Shown here piece by piece: positions 17,775 to 27,544 of a DNA stretch of 64,000 bases (the stretch's first letter is position 1; each line of letters opens with the position of its first letter). The notes beneath the pieces were generated by a model. That model did no database searches and was not told the origin of the DNA. It was given only the letters and a program-made list of their open reading frames with translations. This DNA comes from a virus: IMG/VR virus record IMGVR_UViG_3300021185_001231. One strand, written 5' to 3'. Position numbers and translations under genes: made by a program.

Positions 17775-18627
17775 CTAAAAACTCTGGTAAACTCTGATAT
17801 TCCGGTAAAGTCCCTAATCGTTCTACCATTTTATTAAATGGTCCAACCCAGTCCCAATTATTTTTTTTAACAGTTCCCTCATAGTCTTGCATATAGAAAT
17901 ATGTGGGTTTAGTTCTTTCTCTGTATCTTACCATATTTAGACCACCACTAAGTGCGATCCTTTTAAGTTTTAAAAATTGTATCGTATCTTCACCAATAAC
18001 TAAAGAGTTATCGTAGTGCATCATCTCCGCACATTTCTTAGAGAAGAAAACTATCCTACACATAGATTCGTGAGATTCTCCATACCTTTCTATTATTTTA
18101 TTAAATTTTAATCTTTCTTCACTTAATTTTTGTGCCTCGTCCTTTGAGTAGTTTCCATATTCTTCGGACATAAAAAAATCTGTAAGATCTTCTTTAGATA
18201 TATTTTGATTTTCTAAAGAAGACTTATCAAATGGGAAGTAATGTACATACCAGTCTCCCCTTATAGATTTTTTTACTGCTTTTTGTCGATATAAAACCAA
18301 ACAATCTGGTGCATTATACCACATAGACATGCGTTTGTAAAGGTCTATTCCATATTCGGTTAATATATCATCTCCATCAATATGTACCATGTATTCGTTA
18401 TCACTTTCTCGGAATAATTTTAGTACAGAGTTTTTACCAGTTGCTGGAGTTCCGTCCGATTCAGTAACATAGTGTTCTATTTTGTGTTTTACACAAAAAG
18501 AAACCGCAGCATCTATATAATTCTCATCCAAAGAATTAATGACGACTACGGCTTCACCAGTAGGTATTTTATAAAAGTGTCTTTTTAGGCACTCTATATG
18601 ATTAGAAGTGAGAATGTAAAACTTCAC
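17755..18627 (-). CDS. putative GT-A glycosyltransferase-like protein
   Basis: GKNSVL...HIDGDD and GED motifs. Confidence 0.55.
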   Translation of the reverse strand: MKFYILTSNHIECLKRHFYKIPTGEAVVVINSLDENYIDAAVSFCVKHKIEHYVTESDGTPATGKNSVLKLFRESDNEYMVHIDGDDILTEYGIDLYKRMSMWYNAPDCLVLYRQKAVKKSIRGDWYVHYFPFDKSSLENQNISKEDLTDFFMSEEYGNYSKDEAQKLSEERLKFNKIIERYGESHESMCRIVFFSKKCAEMMHYDNSLVIGEDTIQFLKLKRIALSGGLNMVRYRERTKPTYFYMQDYEGTVKKNNWDWVGPFNKMVERLGTLPEYQSLPEFLDDGINK

Positions 18628-18633
18628 AGAAAT

Positions 18634-18903
18634 TTATTCTGACTTAAGACCACAGTTTTTCAATGTGGTCAACATATCTCCTTTTTTCAAATCCTTTACT
18701 ATATCTATTCCATGATGACTAGCAAGTTCGATGAGTTCTTTTTTAGTCATCTTTTCTATAGATTTGTTAGGAGGTGACTCAGTCAAAAACCTAGAAGTTA
18801 ATTGTCCAGTTTTAGGATCAGTTTTCTTAAATAACATTATATACCCTATGATACCAATAACCAAAGATATTAATACGCATGTAAATAAAGTATCAATTTC
18901 CAT
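18634..18903 (-). CDS. N-terminal TM plus HeH/SAP-like domain protein
   Basis: TM residues ~6-25; MTKKELIELA..HGI....KKGDML. Confidence 0.6.
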   Translation of the reverse strand: MEIDTLFTCVLISLVIGIIGYIMLFKKTDPKTGQLTSRFLTESPPNKSIEKMTKKELIELASHHGIDIVKDLKKGDMLTTLKNCGLKSE

Positions 18904-18925
18904 AATAAAACCTTTTTATTAACCC

Positions 18926-19666
18926 CTACTTAGAACCCTTTAAAATTTTCTTATCACCAGTATCATTATCGCCCGGTCTTTTCTTCTTTGATGGTCCACC
19001 TCTTCCAGCTTTAGATGCTGTCTCCGCAGCTTTCTCTCCATCAGCAACAACTTCCGGACTATCTGCACCATGTTGTTTTGCGAATTCTTTAGACTTAGGA
19101 GATTCCTTGTCCATGATGCCTTCGGGTTTTGAAGCGGAATCGGGAACTTGTTTAGGTTTTGCAGCCTCTACAATCTGATCCCACATAGCATCAAATGATT
19201 CTTTTATTTTTGATATCTCCGCTTTCTTGTCCGCAGTCTTAGGGTTTTTCTTCATATCAGAACCGTCACCTACTTCAGGTTCCTTGTCAGTATCAACCGG
19301 AGATTCCTCATCGTCTTCCTTTTCAGCTTCAGTCTCTCCATCATCTTCCTTACCCTTTTTCTTGGGTGGGAAAGGTTTCTTTTTGTCGTCTTTTTCCGCT
19401 TCAGTATCATCTACAGCTTCGTTCTTTGCTGGCTTCTTACCACCATCAATAGCGTCGTCAGTAGCTTTGCGACGTTTGTGTAGATACTCATCAGAGGAAT
19501 CAACATCTCCGTCATTATCGATATCCTTGTCTTTTCGATCTTTGAACTTCTTATCGTTCGCTTTATCATCGACAGGGTCTAGAGTTTTCTTTTCTTCCAG
19601 CGATTCTTCTTGAGAGACCATTGACTTATATGCCTCTATCGCACCAATTAATTTATTATTTGACAT
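18926..19666 (-). CDS. highly charged probable internal head/prohead-associated protein
   Basis: K/D/E-rich; LEE, IKE, IVE possible gp21 sites; DIDNDGDVDSSDEYL motif. Confidence 0.6.
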   Translation of the reverse strand: MSNNKLIGAIEAYKSMVSQEESLEEKKTLDPVDDKANDKKFKDRKDKDIDNDGDVDSSDEYLHKRRKATDDAIDGGKKPAKNEAVDDTEAEKDDKKKPFPPKKKGKEDDGETEAEKEDDEESPVDTDKEPEVGDGSDMKKNPKTADKKAEISKIKESFDAMWDQIVEAAKPKQVPDSASKPEGIMDKESPKSKEFAKQHGADSPEVVADGEKAAETASKAGRGGPSKKKRPGDNDTGDKKILKGSK

Positions 19667-19675
19667 TTTAGCCTC

Positions 19676-19975
19676 TTAGTGTATATTCATTGTTAAAATT
19701 TTAAACATTGTACCTAAAGCAGCAGTAGCAACAACATACATAATACCGTATAGGATTTTTACCGCACGATGAGATTCATCGGCTTTACTTTCTAGATTGT
19801 CTATTTTTTCAGACATTCTATTAATTCTTTTGTACTGATTCTGATTTGAAGTCTCTATCGCAATGAGTTTTTCTTCAGCTCTAGCCAAAGAAATCATAGC
19901 ATCAGATAATTTATCTATCTTCTCTTCAATTCTACTGAGACGATCATCTCTCCAATTTTCTTGTGATTCCGACAT
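19676..19975 (-). CDS. coiled-coil protein with C-terminal TM
   Basis: RLSRIEEKIDKL heptads followed by a hydrophobic helix. Confidence 0.65.
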   Translation of the reverse strand: MSESQENWRDDRLSRIEEKIDKLSDAMISLARAEEKLIAIETSNQNQYKRINRMSEKIDNLESKADESHRAVKILYGIMYVVATAALGTMFKILTMNIH

Positions 19976-20004
19976 TAATGGACTTTCCCATATTATATTA
20001 GTTT

Positions 20005-20012
20005 TATTTATA
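20005..20012 (-). promoter_or_regulatory. T4-type late promoter TATAAATA
   Basis: exact consensus in an intergenic gap. Confidence 0.55.
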
Positions 20013-20017
20013 AAAAA

Positions 20018-20281
20018 CTAAAAACCTGAATTTATCGCTAATGTTCTTAGAACTCTAGCGTCGACATTATATTGTTTAGATACGACACCAGCATAATATT
20101 CAAGTCCATGACGGCGTCCCTTTTCCGATTTTTTTCTATCCCAAATATCCTTTAGGATTTTAAGTGCGGCAGAATACTTTTTTTTCTGAATAGTATTTGC
20201 CATAACCTTTTTTAAAAACTGACCAGTAGGTGCTTCAGTTATGACTTCAGATGAAATATACTCCTTAAAGGATTTCATCAC
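20018..20281 (-). CDS. small basic protein with CTS-like N-terminus
   Basis: MMKSFKEYISSEVITE. Confidence 0.65.
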   Translation of the reverse strand: MMKSFKEYISSEVITEAPTGQFLKKVMANTIQKKKYSAALKILKDIWDRKKSEKGRRHGLEYYAGVVSKQYNVDARVLRTLAINSGF

Positions 20282-20631
20282 TCCACCTTTGCACTAGCAC
20301 GCCACTGACGACAGCTCCAGTACCTAGCTTTCCACTTAGGGCCTGGATCTGAACAATTATGTCTTGCGCGGAAACTTTTTCTTCTTTCGGGGTCATCTCT
20401 TTTGATCTCCATATTAGGATCACCAAAAGATACCTTTACCACATTACCCTTATCGTTCTTTACATACACATAAAACTTCTTAGAACCACCACGTTGAATC
20501 TTATTCAACTTGACGTTGTCTTTCTTACCTTCTTCAGATACATATTCCGCATCCTCAATGACGAGTTCTTCATCTAAGGTAGAACAATCGTCACAACAAG
20601 ATTCAGATAAGAACTGTGAAAATCTTTTCAT
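20278..20631 (-). CDS. basic protein with CTS-like N-terminus
   Basis: MKRFSQFLSE; V.FGD...RRKSFRARH.C...ARYWSC domain. Confidence 0.7.
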   Translation of the reverse strand: MKRFSQFLSESCCDDCSTLDEELVIEDAEYVSEEGKKDNVKLNKIQRGGSKKFYVYVKNDKGNVVKVSFGDPNMEIKRDDPERRKSFRARHNCSDPGPKWKARYWSCRQWRASAKVE

Positions 20632-20635
20632 GGTA

Positions 20636-21271
20636 TTATCCTTTCATATTCATTGCTTTCTTCATAGAAGACAATGACTTATTAATCTCATCCTGAAACT
20701 TCTTACGTACAGCAGGCTTCTTGAAAGAATCAAATTTCTTGGAAACTAATTGACAAGCCTTTTGTGGGAACTTTTGAGTCTTACCATCCTGAAAAGTTAC
20801 AGTACAACCCTTAGGCATATCAACACCGCGACGAATCTGCATAATCACATTCTTATCCGCAGCTTTACGATCATCAGAAGATGCTTTGTAATCATCAACG
20901 TCAGCAGAGTCCTTTTCTGTAGATTTCTTAGGACGACCATATGAGATTGCTTCTTCAACAGATTCCTTCACTTCTGGATTTTCGTGAGAGTAACTGTGAG
21001 GTTCGAAAGCCTCTGCCAAAGACCAACCCTTTCTTAGGTATTCCTTTTCTTTGGACTTATCGATTACGATTGTCTTACCGCCCTTCTGAACCATAGAGTC
21101 CTTCTTAGGATCTTTCATCTGTCGGGCTTCTTCAACCTCTTCACGAGCAACTAGTTTCCAACCCTGTCTTTTCATTCGGTCAGCAGTCTTACCATCAACC
21201 TTACGAGTGTAAGGTCCTTTCTTCATGGTGTAGTTCTCTGCACCTTCTCTTATCTCTTTAAACTGTTTCAC
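20636..21271 (-). CDS. basic multi-module protein with CTS-like N-terminus
   Basis: GTG start MKQFKEIRE; two (R/K)xGWxL(V/A) repeats; VEEA junctions. Confidence 0.65.
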   Translation of the reverse strand: MKQFKEIREGAENYTMKKGPYTRKVDGKTADRMKRQGWKLVAREEVEEARQMKDPKKDSMVQKGGKTIVIDKSKEKEYLRKGWSLAEAFEPHSYSHENPEVKESVEEAISYGRPKKSTEKDSADVDDYKASSDDRKAADKNVIMQIRRGVDMPKGCTVTFQDGKTQKFPQKACQLVSKKFDSFKKPAVRKKFQDEINKSLSSMKKAMNMKG

Positions 21272-21273
21272 GT

Positions 21274-21456
21274 TTAACTTCCTCTTGATGCGCCACGAAT
21301 CATTTTCGTTGCTGCTCGGTTTGTATTATTTAATTTGAGACTGGGGCCTTGCGACCCCGTCATGTTAAACTTATTATTTTCAGAACTAGTAGACTGCAAC
21401 CTTTCTCGTTTCTCTTGAGACATCTTTTTGTTGCGAGGTTTCTTAGTCTTACTCAT
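21274..21456 (-). CDS. small basic hypothetical protein
   Basis: AAGGA SD; K/R-rich. Confidence 0.55.
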   Translation of the reverse strand: MSKTKKPRNKKMSQEKRERLQSTSSENNKFNMTGSQGPSLKLNNTNRAATKMIRGASRGS

Positions 21457-21468
21457 ATTTATTCCTTA

Positions 21469-24400
21469 TTATGATGGTAATGCAGTACCTACTGATATGT
21501 TGGTACCAATCTTTTGATCGGCGACAGTTCCATAGAATATATCCTGTAGAACACCAGAGTCATTATAACGATATACCGCACCACAATTAGTGATACCATT
21601 GTTATCCGTTTCTTTAGCAGATACTAAGATATATTCACCGAAGACTTCAAAACCACCACTATTGGTTGTAGTTCCATAACCCCACTTTGAAGCAATACCA
21701 TTTGGTATATCTGCCGGTTTAAACTCAATTTCATTGGTCAGACCTTCATCATATAAGAAAATCGAGTACTCTTCTGGGTTATAATGTATTTTGTTTGAAA
21801 CAACTAATTTTCCAGTAGAAGTAACCGCAAAGTCTCTGGCGAACTCATATGTTTCAGTCGAATAAGTTTTAGCCAAACTATGTAAAGTTGCACCCGATGA
21901 ATCAATTACTTCAATAGCGTTTTCTTTACTAACTACAAAGTTATCTCCCCACTTTACAAGTCCCGAACCTGAACCCATTCCTGGCACAGGAATAAACTGT
22001 TCATCCGAACCGTCTGGGGCAAAATGCCATATTCCCTGATCAGCAGAAGACCACTGACTTGTATGACCATATATTCTACCATCAATGAAGTGAATTCCAC
22101 CCCAATCGGTCATGCTCAGTCGACTAAACTTACCCAATGTCGGTGTAATTAAATATGTAGCAACATTACGATCCAATAGATCGACAACAATTATTGAACC
22201 AACTCCTTGAGGATTGTATTCAGGTGCACTAATGAATATCTTTCCTGCTCCAATAACAGCATCATTTGATGAGTCATACGGAGCGGATGGTCCACTTGCT
22301 TTTGCTGAATCAAGGTATGAATCATTAAATGTTTGTTCTAACTGACCAGTAGATTCGTCATAAACTTTAATTTCACCATGTTGGGAAATAGTTACGACTT
22401 TACCTTCTCCACCAACTACCATTTGCGGAGAGTCTAACTGTATAGTGGTAGGATTGCTGAAGTCACCATCCGTCATTACCACACCACCTACATCTGAACG
22501 TCCAACACCACCTTGGTAACTAGCAGCATCTGAACTCCACATGAAGATTTTATTTGATACTAGACCAGATGATGATGGTGCTGGCGGTGCAATGAATGCT
22601 GGTAGTGTGGGAACAGGTGACACACCCATCCCTGTTGTGTAAAAACCATTATGGTCGAATGTAGATCTAGGGTCAACGATAGAAAGTTCTGATCCATTAG
22701 ACGATAAATTAGACCAAGACCACTCAACAGTCTTCATGTTATTTCCTGAAGAACCTTTGTGAGTTGCATAGATTTTATCACCGAAAGATTTAACATGTTC
22801 GCCAAGTCTATCACCATCTGCAACAGACAATCCAGAATTAGATAACTTCGTAAGAGTTCCTAAGTTACCACTAGAGTCCATAGGAATAACAAAAACCTCA
22901 CCTGTAGAGTAATCATCTTCATTAGGGGAAGACGTTGGTGCACCAATCACGACACCCTTGTCAGATACGTATACAGATCGTGGCCAGGCCGCAAATTTAC
23001 CCCCCCAACCATATTGTCCAATATTCTCAGCGGAGAATTTCTGAATAAAAGAGAGATCCGAAGTATCATAGACATAGAGATCTTCCTTCCTGTTTCCCTC
23101 AGCAAGGTGTCCAATAAACAGTTTACCGTTGTGATATCTTACACAAGAACCGAATTTGTCATTCCAATCTCTATCTGTGTCTGTGTTCAATATTGTTGCG
23201 GTATGTGTGTTAATATTCGAAGATAAGTCCGACACGTCATATACTAGAACAATTCCCGAAATATAGTCTAATGTCCGATATGTCGCTCCATCAACCATTG
23301 AACTCCAACAACCCACATAAAGTTTTTTACTAACAGGATCAATATCAAATGAATTTCCAAAAGACCCAATATGCCATCCACTTAGGTTTGGAGTAATCTC
23401 TATAGGATTAGCGGAAAGATCGGTTAAATCATAAACGTAGATGTTGGTGTCATTGTCGTTTGCCCCTTGGAGAAACAGTTTATCATCCATTACCATCGAA
23501 GTTCCTTCAATCGTGCCGAATCTTTTGGCGGTAGATCCTAAAGGGTGGGAAATAGTTGTTGGGGGAGAGGATAAATCATCCAAAGACCAAATCATTATTT
23601 GGGGTGTTTTCCCACTACTATTAACTGGTGTCGAGGTTTCGTTATGGTAAACAGAATTTCCTACTATGATGTGAGTGTCGGTCAATAGTATAGAAGACCC
23701 TAAGTGTATACCGTAATTGATTCCGGAGTCTGAATACATCACACCTTCTAGAATCGTAACAGGAGCAGACATGTCACTTTGATTATAGATGTACACTCCA
23801 CCAACACTTTGATTGGAAGAATTTTTATAGTGGGGATCTCCTAGAGCCAAATAAGATGTGGTTGTGGATAATGGTGCAATGAATGTTGGACCTGAATTGG
23901 TAATTGTAGTTCCACTTAAAGTAAACTCCCAAACATCTACTTTAGTACCAGAATTACGGGTTCCAGATCCATCTGGTTTGTTTAAGTAGTGCAGTTTTAA
24001 ATCATCTTGGACATAAATTCCATGTTGTGCATAACCACCACCACTCAAGTCTTGTGTGTTAGTTATCAAACCAAGACCAGTAGTCATAACTGGGGTTGTT
24101 AAATCGTCTTTATGATACCAATGAAGTTTTTTCATATGGCTGTTATTATATTGAGCCAAAATGAGTAAATAATCTCCTATGGTCCTAATGTCTACATATT
24201 TCGTGGAATTATTTTGACCATCGTTAAGAGTGCCGATAAGATTGGATACTGTATCAGTAGGTATGTCATAAACAAGTGGAGTATACTCATCATCAATGTA
24301 TGTGAGCATTGATACTTTATCATCACCTAATAAATGTAGACCTCCGTAGGGATAACCTGTCCAATGAATAGGGCCAGAGATACCAGTGTAACGTATTCCC

Positions 24401-25242
24401 CATTTTCTTACTCCAGTATTTTTATCAATAGCAATAACATGTTCCTTACCATCACCAGTATTTGGGAAAGATGTACTACTATTCCAGTCAGCCACAGCAA
24501 CAATAGTATCACCTTTTACATCGAAACCATTATTAAATTTACCATTCATATAACCTGAACCAGCTATATGAGACTCAGACCATGTCGATAATTGTGTATT
24601 GGAAGATATGTCATATCTAGCAATAGCATTATTGGAGGGTAAGTAGATTACATCATCGGATATGTAAATACCGGCCGTGGTTGATGAATTGAAATTAGAA
24701 AACACATACGTACCTTCTACCACACCACTTGATAGATTAACTTTAAATATTGTGGTGGTGTTTGGAGATGTGTATAGAACAGTAGTAACAAAAATATGTG
24801 TCTCAGTTAATATTGTTGATAAGGGCCTGATACGGTTTGTTACACCCTGTCCTCCACCAAGAATATCCGTTGTGTGATTCCAAGCGTAGGTTTTGGTATT
24901 TTTCTCATTTTGATAATAGATATCTAAGTATGAATCTTCATCATTACCACTATTATCCCCAAGAACTGTCCAGTCACCCTTTTGTAAGAAAATAGAACCT
25001 GTTTGGTTTCCGTAATGTAAAAAAGAATAATCATTGATAGTATGACCAGCAGCTTCATCTACTGGATAAAAACCATAACTAGTGTTAAGACTAGGAGGAT
25101 TTGTAGATATATCATCTTGTACTACATACGGTTCCGCTAGTGGTGGCGGTGCAATGAATGTGTCTAGGATGGTATCTGCATCAATACCAGCAATTACCTG
25201 ACCAGCTTGAAATACAGCACCCGCTAAAATTTGATTTGCCAT
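21469..25242 (-). CDS. large modular beta-propeller protein (probable virion adhesin/structural protein)
   Basis: 1257 aa, G/S/T/N-rich; FG-GAP-like blades (FG.S, GAP, G.VY.Y); three modules separated by FIAP linkers. Confidence 0.7.
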   Translation of the reverse strand: MANQILAGAVFQAGQVIAGIDADTILDTFIAPPPLAEPYVVQDDISTNPPSLNTSYGFYPVDEAAGHTINDYSFLHYGNQTGSIFLQKGDWTVLGDNSGNDEDSYLDIYYQNEKNTKTYAWNHTTDILGGGQGVTNRIRPLSTILTETHIFVTTVLYTSPNTTTIFKVNLSSGVVEGTYVFSNFNSSTTAGIYISDDVIYLPSNNAIARYDISSNTQLSTWSESHIAGSGYMNGKFNNGFDVKGDTIVAVADWNSSTSFPNTGDGKEHVIAIDKNTGVRKWGIRYTGISGPIHWTGYPYGGLHLLGDDKVSMLTYIDDEYTPLVYDIPTDTVSNLIGTLNDGQNNSTKYVDIRTIGDYLLILAQYNNSHMKKLHWYHKDDLTTPVMTTGLGLITNTQDLSGGGYAQHGIYVQDDLKLHYLNKPDGSGTRNSGTKVDVWEFTLSGTTITNSGPTFIAPLSTTTSYLALGDPHYKNSSNQSVGGVYIYNQSDMSAPVTILEGVMYSDSGINYGIHLGSSILLTDTHIIVGNSVYHNETSTPVNSSGKTPQIMIWSLDDLSSPPTTISHPLGSTAKRFGTIEGTSMVMDDKLFLQGANDNDTNIYVYDLTDLSANPIEITPNLSGWHIGSFGNSFDIDPVSKKLYVGCWSSMVDGATYRTLDYISGIVLVYDVSDLSSNINTHTATILNTDTDRDWNDKFGSCVRYHNGKLFIGHLAEGNRKEDLYVYDTSDLSFIQKFSAENIGQYGWGGKFAAWPRSVYVSDKGVVIGAPTSSPNEDDYSTGEVFVIPMDSSGNLGTLTKLSNSGLSVADGDRLGEHVKSFGDKIYATHKGSSGNNMKTVEWSWSNLSSNGSELSIVDPRSTFDHNGFYTTGMGVSPVPTLPAFIAPPAPSSSGLVSNKIFMWSSDAASYQGGVGRSDVGGVVMTDGDFSNPTTIQLDSPQMVVGGEGKVVTISQHGEIKVYDESTGQLEQTFNDSYLDSAKASGPSAPYDSSNDAVIGAGKIFISAPEYNPQGVGSIIVVDLLDRNVATYLITPTLGKFSRLSMTDWGGIHFIDGRIYGHTSQWSSADQGIWHFAPDGSDEQFIPVPGMGSGSGLVKWGDNFVVSKENAIEVIDSSGATLHSLAKTYSTETYEFARDFAVTSTGKLVVSNKIHYNPEEYSIFLYDEGLTNEIEFKPADIPNGIASKWGYGTTTNSGGFEVFGEYILVSAKETDNNGITNCGAVYRYNDSGVLQDIFYGTVADQKIGTNISVGTALPS

Positions 25243-25264
25243 TTGTTTTAAATTCCTTAAATTT

Positions 25265-27079
25265 TTATGCTAAGTCTTTGTCGTGGTTAAGACCACCCTT
25301 TTTCTTCTTTACTATAAACGCATTCACTCTTGCATGACCCCATTGTTCCGGAGTCGTGCCGGGCCTATGGCCAGTTTTCCATGCAGCAACACCTCGTCGA
25401 TATACCTTCTTAAGTGTTGCAACTGATATTCCACTCTTCTTTGACTTGTCTTCAAAAGAAGATTCATTAACATTTTCCATACTATGTTCTTCATTGTACA
25501 TATCTCTGAAAGCCTTAGTGTACTTTGAAGGTTTAGTTTCGGCAGATTTGTCGCCCGGAGCTGGTTTGTATGCAGATGAATCATCGTCCGCTTTCTTACC
25601 ATGCTTCTTAAAATGAGCGTCTCTCTTAGCCTTTGTAGACTTCTTCAATCCTTTATGGTATCGTGCTGGTTGTGTACCTTCACGATCCTTAATATCTGGG
25701 TCTTGTGCTTCGTATTTAATTTGTGGATCAGGAGATTTGAATGCCTTCTTCCGCATAATCGTTTTATTTACAACTTCAAACTCACCATTCTTCCAGTTAA
25801 CCACGACAGGTAAATTTAGGTCAGACTGCATATCCTTTAGGATTGCTTCTCTGTTACCATGTTTCTTTATCTTTTTACCTTTGTTCATCGCCATCTTCTT
25901 AAACAGACGCTGTAGTTCAGCGATAGTAATGGATGGTTTGTTTCTTTTATCATTCATTCGGTCAGCAAAGTGACGAGTAAATTCTATATCAATATCAAAC
26001 TTATTTAGTAGTCTGTCAGCAAATTTCTCTAAGTCATTTAACTCTTTTTGAGAAACTTCTTCCATCATACTCCTAATAGATAATCCCTCAGAAACCTTTC
26101 GTTTCTTTTCTTGCATAGGCGTATCTTTCTTATACTTTTTAACTAACTTATCAGTTCCTTCTTCACCAGCACCAGACTCTTCTGGTACGCAGTCAGGTAC
26201 CATCTTAGCACCTTTCTTCTTCATTCCAACTTGTTTGTAACCTTTCCAACAAGCTTCATCCAGTTTCTCAATCGAATTCAACCACTTTCGGTATTCCTTA
26301 CCGTTAGACTCGACTATAACAAAGTTAGCGCCTAATTGAATAACCTTACCGATTTCTTCAGATTCTTTGATGACAACCATATCACCAACGGAGAATAATT
26401 CTCCACGTACAAACGCTTCTCTTTCTTCTGAAAGAGGAGTAAGTGACACATGATTTCTGAATTCGGTAGTTTCTTTTAGTCCCATACCCGAACGAACATC
26501 GTTAAACAACTTACGTGCGTCCGAATTAGACATAGACTTAGAAACACCTTGAGAGAATGAGACAAAGTCATTCTTTTTGGCGTTCTCTCTTTGTTTAGAT
26601 GCGGACATACCCTCGACACCTTCAGCGTCAGGGTCTCTTGCACCAGCAGAAACAATGTTAATATTCTTAAAGTTGTAGAATCCGTGTCGAGCTTTGACTC
26701 CGTTGTATTTCTTTAGGAGTACATCAAACTCACGAACTCTATCAGCACCGACAATCATAGTTACACTCTTATAACCTTGATCATAAAGAGATACAACCGC
26801 ATCAAATGCTGTCTTGACTTTCTTGTCAATCATGATGTTCCTACCGTGTTTTGGGAACATCTTTCGAATATGTTTTACCTTGTCTCCATAAGAGAGTGGG
26901 TCTTTCTTGGAGTTTTGTGATTGAGACACATATACTTTATAGTCATTCTTACCAGACTTTGCGGCAAGAGTGTCCATGACTTTCCCATGACCAATAGTAG
27001 GAGGATTCATTCTCCCAAACGTAAAAAATACCGATCGTTCTTCTTCAACTAGATATTGAGAAAAATTCTTAATTGGCAT
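25265..27079 (-). CDS. HIGH-family nucleotidyltransferase (cytidylyltransferase/NadD-like) multi-module protein with CTS-like N-terminus
   Basis: FGRMNPPTIGH, VGADR, MSASKQR; MPIKNFSQYLVE; several C-terminal modules. Confidence 0.8.
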   Translation of the reverse strand: MPIKNFSQYLVEEERSVFFTFGRMNPPTIGHGKVMDTLAAKSGKNDYKVYVSQSQNSKKDPLSYGDKVKHIRKMFPKHGRNIMIDKKVKTAFDAVVSLYDQGYKSVTMIVGADRVREFDVLLKKYNGVKARHGFYNFKNINIVSAGARDPDAEGVEGMSASKQRENAKKNDFVSFSQGVSKSMSNSDARKLFNDVRSGMGLKETTEFRNHVSLTPLSEEREAFVRGELFSVGDMVVIKESEEIGKVIQLGANFVIVESNGKEYRKWLNSIEKLDEACWKGYKQVGMKKKGAKMVPDCVPEESGAGEEGTDKLVKKYKKDTPMQEKKRKVSEGLSIRSMMEEVSQKELNDLEKFADRLLNKFDIDIEFTRHFADRMNDKRNKPSITIAELQRLFKKMAMNKGKKIKKHGNREAILKDMQSDLNLPVVVNWKNGEFEVVNKTIMRKKAFKSPDPQIKYEAQDPDIKDREGTQPARYHKGLKKSTKAKRDAHFKKHGKKADDDSSAYKPAPGDKSAETKPSKYTKAFRDMYNEEHSMENVNESSFEDKSKKSGISVATLKKVYRRGVAAWKTGHRPGTTPEQWGHARVNAFIVKKKKGGLNHDKDLA

Positions 27080-27543
27080 TACTTATTACCTTCCTTATTC
27101 TTACTTCCTCGTTTTTTCTCGATCTCTGCACGTCTTACCTTGGGTAATGATTTACGTGCAATTCTATCTATACGATTCTTAAAGGCAGGTTTTTCTAATC
27201 TCTTTTCGATTTCCTTCTTTCTAGCCATTGAAAGGTCAGCTTTAGGAATATCTTTAGTAATTTTTTTGACCATCATGTTTCGCGCTTGTCTTCTAGCACG
27301 AACCTTGAGTTTGTCAATGGATGCCACTTTACGTGCGGCACGTCTTTTACCCATAGCAATTTTAGACTTCATGCGCTTCATCATTCTACCACGCGCACGT
27401 CTCTGGGCAATGTCAAGAACTTCGTTGGTATCTTCTACCTCTTCGTTCTTTCTTTTCTTTGAATTTTTTACTAACTGTTCGTCACCAGTCATGGTGTTAT
27501 CAACAGCAATAAAATCCTTTAATCCTAGAATTTTCTTGGCCAT
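27079..27543 (-). CDS. very basic (R/K-rich) protein, probably DNA-associated in the virion
   Basis: start moved to MAKKILG after GGA SD; very R/K-rich. Confidence 0.65.
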   Translation of the reverse strand: MAKKILGLKDFIAVDNTMTGDEQLVKNSKKRKNEEVEDTNEVLDIAQRRARGRMMKRMKSKIAMGKRRAARKVASIDKLKVRARRQARNMMVKKITKDIPKADLSMARKKEIEKRLEKPAFKNRIDRIARKSLPKVRRAEIEKKRGSKNKEGNK

Positions 27544-27544
27544 T

